Below, in pieces: positions 28,033 through 41,447 of a stretch of DNA of 64,000 nt. Made by a program: the position numbers and the translations under genes. This stretch comes from Eledone cirrhosa. Taxonomy: Eukaryota. The notes beneath the pieces were generated by a model that made no database searches, had not been told where the DNA came from, and saw only the letters and a program-made list of their open reading frames with translations. The stretch lies in assembly GCA_964016885.1 (NCBI GenBank), contig OZ024742.1:351788001-351852000 (forward strand). The letters are read 5' to 3'. Each line of letters opens with the position of its first letter. The first letter of the stretch is position 1.

Positions 28033-28261
28033 ACTGGTAATTTATTGTATGTTAGCTCAGCAGTATGGAGCAGTTAATAATATTAAGGATACTATTTATG
28101 GTTATGTATATACTAAAACATTTTATAGTTATATATATTTTAGGGTTGAAAATATATATATCTATAAAATGTTTTAGTAAATACATAACCATAAATAGTA
28201 TCTTTAATATTATGTTTATATATATATATATATATATGTGCGTGCTTGCATGTATATGTTC

Positions 28262-28822
28262 GATTGGTGGATTGGCAATATCGGTAGAGGGTCGGACGCC
28301 AGGTTTTGACGCTTAGAGTTCAGGCCCTTGCCATTCTGAGTTCAAATCCCGCTGGGGTTAACTAAACCTTTTATCGTTCATAAAATAAAGTACCAGTACT
28401 GTACTGGGTAATTGCTGACCTTGTGCCGAAAGTAGAAACAGCAGTGCGCTACCGGTACTTCGTTTTATCGAACCCGTTAGGATGAAAGGCAAAGTTAACG
28501 TGGACGAGATTTGAACTCAGAACGTTAAGAGACGTGGCATTCTACCACAAAGCATTTTGTCAGACGCCATACCGAAAGAGTTAATGATAAACATTAAACA
28601 AATTGGTTCTTATGTAGGCACAAGGCTAGCAATTTTGGGGAGGGGAAAGTCGATGAAATCAACCACAGTACGTTATTGTTGCTTTCTTTTATGGATCCTG
28701 TAAGGAGGAAAGGAAAAGTTAAACTCGGCGGGATTTGAACTCAGACCGTAAACGACCGTAATTCAGTGTGGACAGAAGAGCCGATATGTAGGGCACAATA
28801 CAAAGACACGGACGATAATAAT

Positions 28823-28855
<33 letters not shown>

Positions 28856-29052
28856 AAGAAGAAGAAGAAGAAGAAGAAGAAGAAGAAGAAGACAATGCTA
28901 ATAAGTGTTTTTACTTTTGGCACAAGGCCAGCAAAGCCCAGTGCATTACTGGTACTTTATTTTATTGACCCCGTAAAGATGAAAGTTAACCTCGGCGGGA
29001 TTTGAACTCAGTCCGACCCTCTACCGACCCTCTACCCATACTGCCAATCCAT
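28262..29052. mobile_element. Cluster of four SINE copies (28262-28440 +; 28450-28575, 28600-28770 and 28902-29052 -) with (AAG)n at ~28826-28891
   Basis: Repeated SINE core in both orientations. Confidence 0.82.
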
Positions 29053-29338
29053 CGGTGGTTTACATCGAGTAACGTTAACAGGATATCACTGACGGTAAAA
29101 TAATATATTTGAAACGTAGGCTCAAGATAAATATATTTGGGGGAGACTTTTATCGATTTAATCAGTATGGCTTACACACAGATATTGAAAGGTGCGTACA
29201 TGTACGACATCTTTCTGCCTAGAAGGTAAAAAGAGAGATAATCCTTGGAGGAATACAATAGAATATTTTATATATTTTATGAATATAGTATTTGAATCAG
29301 AGGTGAACCATTCTTTCACAGAACAACACTTATTCATG

Positions 29339-29380
<42 letters not shown>

Positions 29381-29904
29381 ATAATAATAATAATGTTGCT
29401 GCTGCTGCTACTATTACTGCAGCTGCTACTGTTACTACTAATACGCTTGATGTTGCTACTATTACTACTACGACTACTACTACTGATGCAGCTGACTCAT
29501 AGCCCTAAGACTATATACATCTATCAGCATGCATGGAATATGTAGATTGTATATAGCAGTATTTTCCACAAATAGAGAAATCAGGAGAGAGACCTACTCG
29601 CTCCCCAGCTAAATATATCAGTGTTCACTTTGTCGTTCTCCACACAAACATGGAGATCAAAGTCAACGACTTGACATTCTTATCACTGTTAACCAGAATC
29701 GAAGTGCCCTCGAATCAACGTTTCCTCCTCGACAGGCAATTACTATCTGTAAAAGCATTCATCCAAATATAAATATCTGAAATTAAAGATAAACAGTGTG
29801 TCTTTCAAAGAGTCAACAAATGTAAATGCCTTCTCATCAAAGTATCAGTTTCAACAATCAATACTGTATCTCTCGAAAAATATAGAACTCATCCATTTAT
29901 ATAT

Positions 29905-29952
<48 letters not shown>

Positions 29953-30025
29953 GTCAGTTTTTAGTATATACATATACATATGTATATATATATATATATA
30001 CTATATAACTCACCCATATATATAT

Positions 30026-30097
<72 letters not shown>

Positions 30098-30623
30098 GTA
30101 AATGAATATAACGAGAACATGGGGAATGTAAACATACACAATCCTCATAAAAACCCTGAGATAGGTACAGAATACATAAATGCGTTAAAATTTCACCAAC
30201 ACGTTTCAGGTTAAAAAATAATTTGTGTACGTCCTGAACATATTTACAGTTCTGATTGTTATGATTTCCTGTGACGTGCTTATGTTTTGAGTAGTATGCC
30301 ATGGGTGAATGTCTTTTTAGAAACCTTTCCTGATTCATATATGATTTTGTGAGAATGTTTAAAACGAGTTGCATAAAGATACAGCGTGTATTATAGATCT
30401 AAATCCTAGGAATAAAATAGATCCACAAGGCATTGCTAATATTATACCACGGGTACTGACACAATAATATTAAAAAACCTAAAATATCATACGAAATTGT
30501 ATACGTTGCTGAGACGGAAAAACAGATTTTCTTCTAGAATTTAGAAAAGTAAATTGTAATAGGATTATCTAATTATAATAATATTTACAATACACAATCA
30601 TAATTGATAAAATTGACTGATTT

Positions 30624-32230
30624 CACCGTGTAACAACAAATTTGTTTTTCTCTGTTCCTGGCTTGTAATCACTTTTTGTGTTGCTTATGTCCTAAATAAA
30701 TAAAAAAGTGCTATTAAAATGTTACAAGTTTGGGTTTGTAAAAATTCTAAGCTATTCACTAGAATTATTTGTATGCTGGATTTTACGTTATATGTAAGTT
30801 TAATTTGCTTATGTTAAATTATTTTCTTTATATATGTTTCAGGTTAAATTAAAATTATAAAATAAAGACTAATACCTAATGAAGATTATAAAAGTGCAAT
30901 AAATTATAAAATTGTTAAAAAGTGGATTAAAGAGTTTTATTGTTACTGGATTTTCGCACCCTGGATAAAGGGTCAGTTGTGTTTTAAGCATTCGTCTCCA
31001 GGATGAAACAGTGGAACTTGAGGAAGTGCAGGTGACAAGTCAGAGAAGTCGACACGAACCTTTCTCAGACTTTTACACTCTTAGGGGTGGCCTCTGCTTC
31101 TGCCATGACGTGCCTGGACTGTTTGACTTTATTGAGGTGCCGCGTGTGCCCAAGGAGGGGCCGCTATTTATAGACAGCTCCACCACAAGTTTGAAGGCTG
31201 TCCTCCTACACATTGGAAACAAGTTCCCGACACTGCCCCTAGCTCATTCTGTCTGCCTGAAGGTAGATTACTACAGTGTGAAAGTCCCCTTGGAAGCTCT
31301 GCAATACAACCAGTACAATTGGGAAATCATTGGAGACTTCAAGATGGTGGCTTTCCTGCTTGGACTCCAAGGAGGCTTTATCAAATTCCAATGCTTCCTC
31401 TGCCTTTGGGACAGCAGAGCCACCTCTGACCACTACAAAATAAAGAACTGGATTTGTAGTTGGGACCCGGAACGTCATGTGGGAGCCACTGGTTGATCCC
31501 AGGATTGTGCTCATGCCGGCCCTGCACATTAAGTTGGGGTTGATGAAGCAGTTTGTGAAGGCTCTCAACCAAGAATCAGCCACTTTTAAGTACCTTCTTG
31601 AGTTCTTCCCCAAGTTATCTGAAGCCGAAATCAAAGGCGGGATTTTTGTTGGACCTCAGATAAAGAGGGTGTTTGAGTCTACCGAGTTCTCCAATAAGCT
31701 CAATAGGATTGAGAGAACAGCTTCTAACTGTTTCAAGGCAGTTGTTAAGGGCTTCCTGGGCAACTACAGAGCTGAAAACTACCGGCAACTGGTGCAGGAT
31801 CTGATAAAGGCTGTTGGCGCCATGGGATGCAGGATGTCGCTTAAATTCCATATGCTGGACGCTCAAAGAAAAATGCAAGGACAATATGGGCGCCTACTCA
31901 GAATAACAAGGCGAACGATTCCACCAAGATGTGAAAGAGATAGAGCGGATGTACCAGGGCCACTACAATGAACAAATGATGGGCGACTACATCTGGGGGC
32001 TAGTGCGGGAATGCGACCTGGACTACAACCGCAAATCCGGGAAATCCAGTCATTTCTGACGTGTATAAGTTGCTTTATAAGTGTTATTTGTTTTTATTTG
32101 TTTGCTTCTGATAAGCTTGTGTAATAAAATAAATATATACTCCGTTGATTTAATTATATGAACTGATAAATAAAAAAAAAAAAATGTATTATTTCATGAA
32201 CAGAAACAATGCATGTCTTGAAAATGGTGC
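30624..32230 (+). mobile_element. Chapaev3-like (CMC superfamily) DNA transposon, internally deleted
   Basis: Candidate CAC 5' terminus caccgtgtaacaacaaattt..tgttcctgg at 30624; transposase remnant at 31011-32059; family assigned from motif recall; 3' end uncertain. Confidence 0.65.
31011..32059 (+). pseudogene. Chapaev3-type DDE transposase C-terminal part, frameshifted
   Basis: FIDSS..SLKAVLLH, GDFKMVAFLLGLQGG..CFLCLWDSR, PALHIKLGLMKQFVKAL, GCRMSLK.H, QGERFHQD..YQG..MMGDYIW. Confidence 0.8.
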
Positions 32231-32584
32231 ATATTAATTGATAATATCTTAAATATATTCCGTATATGTAGTGGAAAGACGTCTGTAACAGAATCATCGG
32301 AAGGCGGAGAATGAAAAAAAATATATGTATAAATATAATCATAATATAATCGATTTAAAATCTGAAATAAAATGTTTTAGCTTTCAACCGGAGAATTTGA
32401 TTAAAAAAATATATCGAACTAACACACACTAAGAACTACATGCAGCTACTTCAGACTGGAAAAATTAATCTTAGCCTGATGCATTTAGTATCGTATTCAT
32501 AGATGTTGCTGATCTAAATATTGGAAATACAATATTAATAAAACCATCAATACAAGCCATTATGATATTTGTGGTGCTTTAGCA

Positions 32585-33455
<871 letters not shown>

Positions 33456-33989
33456 CTCTTATTTCTATTAGCAATCAGTAATATATAGAAATATTACAAG
33501 GCAACATTAGTAACTCTACTAAAATACAACGAAATGATATCGGATTAGCCTGCCATGGAACATTCTAGAACAGTAATCGTCTTTCTCCATGTAAACAATG
33601 TTGAAAAGAATTAGAATATAACTGAACTTATAAAATGTCGAAATGTTAAAACTGATATTAAATAAATGAAATGAAATACCAAATTATTTTAAACATATGT
33701 TGTATAGAACGATCAGTGACTTCCATTACCATATAAACAACAAGGCTGTGAAATACGGCCTTCGGAAACGATCAAATCCTTGTCAATTATTCAGAGATGG
33801 AAGGGCTCGTTTCATCCGACCGCGTTCAATGACTAGCTATATGATAACAAAATATTCTAGGGTCTATATAAGCTAGTAGGTTCGTTAAACTGATGTTTAT
33901 CCAGGTTTCGAGGCTTTAAGCGACTGACATAAGAAGATTTACCAGTTCGCCACAGGCTTAAAAACCCCAGCTATAGCAACTACATATAT

Positions 33990-34105
33990 AGGAGCACAGT
34001 GAAATGAAGTGTTTTGCTACAAACCACATGAAACAACCCAGTCCATGAATCAAAACCACGACATTAAGACGGAAAGGCCAACAACTTTATCCCTAGGCCA
34101 TATGA
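33990..34105 (-). mobile_element. Degenerate SINE (second family)
   Basis: Reverse complement contains tggcctagggata..gtcgtggttttgattc..agcaaaacacttcatttcac. Confidence 0.45.
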
Positions 34106-34321
34106 CTCGGCAGATCTATATGATTTGCTAGAGTAATATACATAGCCAGTTTTCAAAATTAGATAGAAAATTTGAAAGAAATATGAGTAAAAATAATATA
34201 TTCATGGATAGTAACACCGACAGTCATAGTGTTACATTTGGAACTTAACTTCCTATTTTACCAAACACATGTGTACGTATTGCAGCTGAATATAACACAA
34301 TATAAAAGTCCAAATTAGTCG

Positions 34322-34505
34322 GTCGATTGGCAGTATCGGTAGAGCTTCGGACGCCAAAATTTGCAGCAAAGAGTTACGGCCTTTTATGGTCTCAGTTCAG
34401 AACACGCCGAAGTTAACTTTGCCTTTCATCCTTACGAGGTCGATAAAATAACGTACCAGTAATGCACTGGATAATTGCTGGCCTTGTGCCAAAAGTAGAA
34501 ACAAT
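34322..34505 (+). mobile_element. tRNA-derived SINE with apparent target-site duplication
   Basis: A box tggcagtatcgg and SINE core; acaatataaaagtccaa on both flanks (~34297 and ~34501). Confidence 0.88.
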
Positions 34506-34783
34506 ATAAAAGTCCAACATATGTGCTTAATATGCCTGTCTCTTTAACGTTTGTTTACCAATTCTTGGAGTATCGATTGATTTTATAGATAAACCACCTG
34601 AGAGGGTTAGTACGACCACAAAAGATGGTAGAAATAGTAGGAAACCTCAGTGGAACAACCAATTGTGTATTATCGGAAACTTTTGATTGAAATTTAATTA
34701 ATTAGTGTTTATAATGTAATATAATTATTTTCGTGAACTTCATATGGTGTTAATTAATTTACACGCACGCGATTTATCACATG

Positions 34784-34854
<71 letters not shown>

Positions 34855-34857
<3 letters not shown>

Positions 34858-35660
34858 TACAAATAATGAAAAAACATATCTAATATGTATAGAATTTTGT
34901 GTTTCTCAATCTGAAAGCTAAATAGATTGAGCATTATTAACCAAATTAAAAAGATATATATAGAGAGAAAGAGCCATATATGGAATAGGAAGGACATTAT
35001 GTTGTATATATACCAAATATATATTCTATAGAACAATATGTACACAGGTGGAATCATTAGTGATAACATATAGCATTATTTCATACCTGGAGAATGTAGC
35101 TCACAATCAATCTATCTAAGCGCTCATCGAACACATCAATAAATATAATCGATCATCAAAGATAAACTATCGAATATGATGAAACCATATGCGACTTAGT
35201 TACTCATTAGAGGTTTAGGGTAATATAGAATTAAGTTGGGAAATAAGACAATATACTTGCCGATGTCCAACGTGACCATACAGTGAAGCACATGGTGAAA
35301 TAATGTTAAACCCAAGGCAAATAGATATCAACATGGGCTTTAACGTAGCTAGAAATAGGAGCGGGGATTATAAACACCGAGCTCAATAAGTTAAGAGATG
35401 TTGAGCCGTTAAATATAAATAATTAATCAAAACATATTAAATATGTTGAGAATGTGGTGTTTCTCAATAAGCAGGCTAAATAGACCTTATCTAGAGCCAT
35501 AATAACCTAATAAAAAAAGATATATGTATATATATTGACAAGAACATCCATATATCGAAATGATTCCACCTGTGTACATATATTCTACATAATATCGATT
35601 TGGTATATATACAATATACCGTGTTTCTTATAAAATATATGGCTCTTTATCTCTCTGTAT
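34855..35660. mobile_element. Element with inverted termini in (TA)n, probably pLTR-derived
   Basis: 34960-35058 is inverted against 35559-35657 (gtacacaggtggaatcatt / aatgattccacctgtgtac); extra tail on the left. Confidence 0.6.
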
Positions 35661-35974
35661 ATACATGCATCACGTGGGTATATATATATATATATATATA
35701 CCCATGTGATATATCAAATATATCTATATATATATATATATATAAGCCGCGATAATATTGCTATTTTGCTGAACTCCTTACATTTTGTAGAGTTTTTTCG
35801 GAATGTTTTTTGACTGACTGCTGTTTCTTGTAAATAGACATTCGTTTCATTCTGACCTCACCAGCCATGTCTCTCCATATGTGTTTCTTTGTATAATTCC
35901 GCACGAGGTGAACTAGCCTGCTTTCAAATTCCCTTTTTGGTATATACTAGCGGTGTTTGGGGTATCGTGTTTCA

Positions 35975-36055
35975 GCGCTACTGATGAACGGCTCCAAACG
36001 TGACTATCCACACTGAAAAGTTTCGTGAAATAGTCTTTTTAAGACTATATAGAGC
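35975..36055 (+). ncRNA. Type I hammerhead ribozyme with a fully formed stem III
   Basis: gcgcta CTGATGA acgg..tcgt GAAA tagtct-tttta-agacta TA tagagc, inside a (TA)-flanked element at ~35745-36305. Confidence 0.75.
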
Positions 36056-36299
36056 ATTTGTAGTGTTTCCAAATTGAAGGATGAGTATTTAAGCTTTATT
36101 TGATTCTGAGTTAAGACATTATTGGTTTTTACCCTGGATTTCACAAAATCTGTGGATAAATCTCTGTCTTCATTTTTTAAAAATTGATTTTGAATTATTT
36201 TCCCATATCTTACGTTAATTATTTTCCATTTGACGTTATACTCACTTATATATTATGTAACACTGTTGGTTTCTTGCTCACAATAATTTCTATATTTTC

Positions 36300-36372
<73 letters not shown>

Positions 36373-36511
36373 AAAAAATGATATATTCACGTTCCTGAAC
36401 GAAGGGCCAGTTTAAAAGTGCATTCTTCTTCATACATTGGTGGCCATGACTAGGCCCGGGAATAAAAGGTACCACATATGCATATATCTATATGTATATA
36501 TGTTTTTATAT

Positions 36512-36669
36512 ATGGACACACTAGAAGAGGAAGACCAAGGTTAACATATGTTGATGCCCTAAGGACAGACACTGGTCTGTTGGAGACGCAGGACATCGCA
36601 GCGACAATGAGGGACAGAGACCGCTGGAGAAAACTCGTCCATGGATCTCGGGAAATTTACCCGCCTTAG
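36512..36669 (+). mobile_element. RTE-like non-LTR retrotransposon 3' fragment
   Basis: GHTRRGRPRLTYVDALRTDTG..RDRDRWR..YPP*; near-identical to the copies at 50005 and 54787. Confidence 0.8.
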
Positions 36670-36684
36670 ATAGATAGATATATA

Positions 36685-36967
36685 GTAATAATAATAAATT
36701 TGAAGACTAAAATCAAAAGAGTGCTCGAAAAGGATAAATATATATCAAATATATAAGAACCGTAGAGCAAATATTTATTAAAATAACAGATTAAAGTTTC
36801 AGCAAAGAATCGGTGCTTTCACCCTTAACGGGATCTTCCTAAACTAAAAAAAAATCAATCTGTGAACGCAGAAGTATATATATATTCTCAGATTGATTTT
36901 TTTTTAGTCTCAATTGATCCCGTTAAGGGTGGAAGTACCGAATCTTTGGTTAAACTTTAATCTGATA

Positions 36968-36975
<8 letters not shown>
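36685..36975. mobile_element. Fold-back element, family D
   Basis: Homologous to 7580-7800; arms ~36778-36836 and ~36915-36975, with a second hairpin in the spacer. Confidence 0.75.
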
Positions 36976-37038
<63 letters not shown>

Positions 37039-37124
37039 TATTTTCCGTTGTGTTGTAATATAAATATTACACACAGTAGATTATCAGCTCACGTAGAGTT
37101 TGCTTGACGGTTCCAGTTGTAGTT

Positions 37125-37201
<77 letters not shown>

Positions 37202-37213
37202 CATGTGATATAT

Positions 37214-37249
<36 letters not shown>

Positions 37250-37395
37250 GCGATAATATTGCTATTTTGCTGAACTCCTTACATTTTGTAGAGTTTTTCC
37301 GGATTGTTTTTTGACTGCTGTTTCTTGTAAATAGACATTCGTTACATTCTGACATCATATATATATATATATATAAATATATATATTTCATTCTG

Positions 37396-37426
<31 letters not shown>

Positions 37427-37454
37427 CACATATATATATATATATAAATAATTA

Positions 37455-37645
37455 ATAATTGTTTCTACTTTAGGCACAAGGCCAGCAATTACCCAGTGCA
37501 TTACTGGTACTTTATTTTATCGACCCCGTAAGGATGAAAGGCAAAGTCAACCTCGTCGGGATTTGAACTCAGATCGTAAAGGGACGTAACTATGCTTGAA
37601 AGCATGGCGTCCGACCCTCTACCGATACTGCCAATCCACCGCCCT
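37455..37645 (-). mobile_element. tRNA-derived SINE, young full-length copy
   Basis: Near-exact reverse complement of 46427-46620. Confidence 0.92.
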
Positions 37646-37852
37646 AAAGAATTAATAATAACAGGTAGACATCATAAAAAGGTCAATCCACCGCCCATAA
37701 AGAATTAATAATAACAGGTAGACATCATAAATAGGTCATTTAATCCGTGTTCTTACAATTGTTTCCACGGTGGTACTACAGCCTAGTTATGCTATGTGCA
37801 AATTTAATGCAGAACTCAATTATCCAATGCTGTGACTACTGTATCCTCAGAA

Positions 37853-37946
<94 letters not shown>

Positions 37947-38363
37947 ATACTTGGAGAGGGTCATATCATTTTAATAATATTGCCAGAATTAATAATAGAA
38001 CACACTCACTGTTTGGTTGGTTTTTGCTTCCGTATCTTTTATATCAGTTAAATTATTCGATCCTAAATGTTTACCATTGACTGACGTTCAAAAATACGGA
38101 TATAATATAGACACAAACACATATATATAGTCTAACAAAGTTCCTTTCGTTGCACATCTGCAACATCGTCAGTGGTGCTATTATGTTTCTTACTTTTGCA
38201 TTGTATGTCTACGACATCTTTATTTAATCTGTTTATTCATTTATTTATTTTATATATTTTTGACTTCTCTGCGCATGCGTTTGCGTGTATGTATAGTGTT
38301 TGATGTGTGTTCGTTATTGTATACTATCTTAGTTTACTAGTGTATGTCTATATGTGTTTGTTG

Positions 38364-38885
<522 letters not shown>

Positions 38886-39989
38886 ATGCATATGTGCTAC
38901 CATTTATTCCGGGGCCCCGTCATGGCCACCATTTTATAAAGAAGAATGCACTTTTAAACTGGCCCTTCGTTCAGAAACGTGAACAAAAATATGAAAGATA
39001 GAAAGTTGTCCCTCGAGTAAATCTCCCTCCGAATTGTGGAGAGGTATATGTGAAACAGGCTTTGTAATTATCATCAAACATGCCAGTAAACAAACTTATC
39101 AATCATTTCTTGGGCTATGAAATTCAGCATGTGAAAGTCGACTGATTAATTAATCAGGTATTTCGTAGACACATGTTAAACGTATGAAACCTTCTTTATA
39201 CTAAATAAGCTCTAATGGTACACATTCAGAATATATATATATATAATGTGGGTAGTATAGTAGTGGCGTCGGTAACAAATGAAGCACTCTATGCAGAGCC
39301 ACAGTGTATATTATAAAAGAGAAGTAATAATAAAATAGTTATACTTATATATAGTTTATATATAATTATAAATATGGAGGGTAGTACTAAGCACTAGCAA
39401 ATTACCAGTAAGAGAAAAGGCTCAACTTAAATTTTCAAATGTATTACAGAGCCGAGATACAAATACAAACAATCAAATCTTAGTCTAATAAATTTAATTG
39501 CTGACAATGTTTTCTTCCAGGTGAATGTCTGGATTCATCGGAGCATACACAATGTTTAATCTGGTAATTAAAATCCTAGTCTTCAGAACATTTATATAGA
39601 TACAAAACTATTGACAGTGTAAGTGACATCATATAGAAAAGTAGGAGTTACAAAATAATATAATAAAAGAGAGGAAGTTACGTTTACATAAGAACAATAT
39701 TTATTGTGTATCGCCCTGTTACGCGTGTTCCGCAGAGGATAGTCTCTGGTTAACCCATAGGAGTTATGGACCTGACTCCTGTATCGATCTGCTCGTCAGA
39801 CCGGTGATGTGAGACAGAAGAAAATATATTTTTGTGTCACATTGTTTCGATTACTCTAAGAATGAGATGGATCAGTTTGGATGATAGCCAACAAGATTGA
39901 TACAGGAGACTGAAACTCCACTCAGCCGCACCTATGTCTACTTTCTGCCCTTTCTAGGGATAATTTACTAATATTATTGACAATTGCGA

Positions 39990-40158
39990 GGTATTGGCAG
40001 TATCGGTAGATACTTTCTTGCATAGTTACGTCCCTTAACGATCTGAGTTCAAATCCCGTCGAAGTTAACTTTGCCTTTCAACCTTACGGGCCGATAAAAT
40101 AAAGTACCAGTAATGTACTGGATAATTGCTGGCCTTGTGCCAAAAGTAGAAACAGTTA
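39990..40158 (+). mobile_element. tRNA-derived SINE
   Basis: A and B boxes, core and tail; tgacaattgc near both ends. Confidence 0.85.
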
Positions 40159-40262
40159 CTGACAATTGCATTGGGATGTCTACAACTCCAATTTTAAATT
40201 TTCTGCAACCAACCATATAACAACCGGCTGAACACGATACACGCCCACACACACACCCACAT

Positions 40263-40320
<58 letters not shown>

Positions 40321-40664
40321 TGTACGCATGTGGAAATGCATCTAAGTAATTGTGTACGCATAAAGTGAGGGGAGAACATGCATCTATGTAATTAGTTTAT
40401 CATCTGTGAAAATCGAACGGAAGGGATTGCATTCATTAAATCTATATTAATTTATATAAATTATTCATAATTCCTATTTACCAATTTTTTCAATGATAAC
40501 ACTTCAGTCATTTTGAACTTACATCGCATCGTTTATTTTTTTTTTCTATCTAATATTCTAAATCTTTTTCGTCGCCTGCATTTTTCTAAATATCGCTGCT
40601 GCTGCTGCTGCTCTTCTTCTTCTTCTTCTTCTTCTTCTTCTTCTCATATTATGTTTGCAAGTAG

Positions 40665-40730
40665 CAACATATCGATATCTGCTCCACCGGAGGCTTTTGA
40701 GAGGATATTTTCCATGGCGGGAGAAGGTTT
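40665..40730 (+). pseudogene. Possible hAT transposase dimerization-domain relic
   Basis: ISISAPPEAFERIFSMAG resembles the hAT LSIPATSA.SER.FS.AG motif. Confidence 0.4.
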
Positions 40731-41024
40731 ATACACCATTAAGTCAAACCTTCCAATACTTCTACAAGTAAAACTTAAATTGATGGTGGCTAAATCTTTT
40801 AGGAGTGGGGATATGTTAATTCGTCTCTAGAATGTAATTACTACTTTATTTACTTTACTGCAGATTTTATTAGAGCAAGATTCTAATTCAGAATATAAAT
40901 ACCGTACACAAATATAAATTATTGTATCTGATTCTCTAATAATTCTGTTAATATTAACAGTAGTATTAATACTGCTCATAGTCATGTTGCTCTACTGCTA
41001 CCATTAATGTTGTTTATCATAAAT

Positions 41025-41447
41025 AATGGTTTCTTATATAAGTACAAGGCCAGTGACTTTGGGGGAGGGGGAAGTCAATTAAATCGATCCCAGTACGTGA
41101 CTGGTACTTTATTTTATCGACCCTGTAAGGATGAAAGGCAAAGTTAACCTGGGTGGGATTTGAACTCAGACCATTTACAGCCATAACTCTTGCTTGCAAA
41201 GCATGGCGTCCAACACTCTACTGATACGCCCAACCCTCCGTTATTTATTAAAAATAATTGTTTCTATTTTAGGCACAAGGCCAGCAAATACCCAGTACAT
41301 TACTGGTACTTTATTTTATCGACCCCGTAAGGATGAAAGGCAAAGTTAACCTCGACGGCATTTGAACTCAGATCATAAAGGGACGTAACTCTATGCTTCA
41401 AAGCATGGTGTCCGACTCTCTACCGATACAGCCAATCCACCGCCCTT
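41025..41447 (-). mobile_element. Two tandem SINE copies (long-tail 41025-41240; short-tail 41255-41447)
   Basis: Reverse complement of the SINE consensus. Confidence 0.9.

Larger units (their letters stand above)
23830..28190 (-). mobile_element. Near full-length decayed Penelope-like element (Naiad-like)
   Basis: N-terminus MSTKNIP..RWR (27808-28032), RT ITMGSSDSAQ and GLYRDDAL (26776-27207), GIY-YIG TYIGSASNCFKTRYNSH (~25860-25915), HHR-like motif plus AATAAA at ~23875-23930; ends approximate. Confidence 0.85.
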
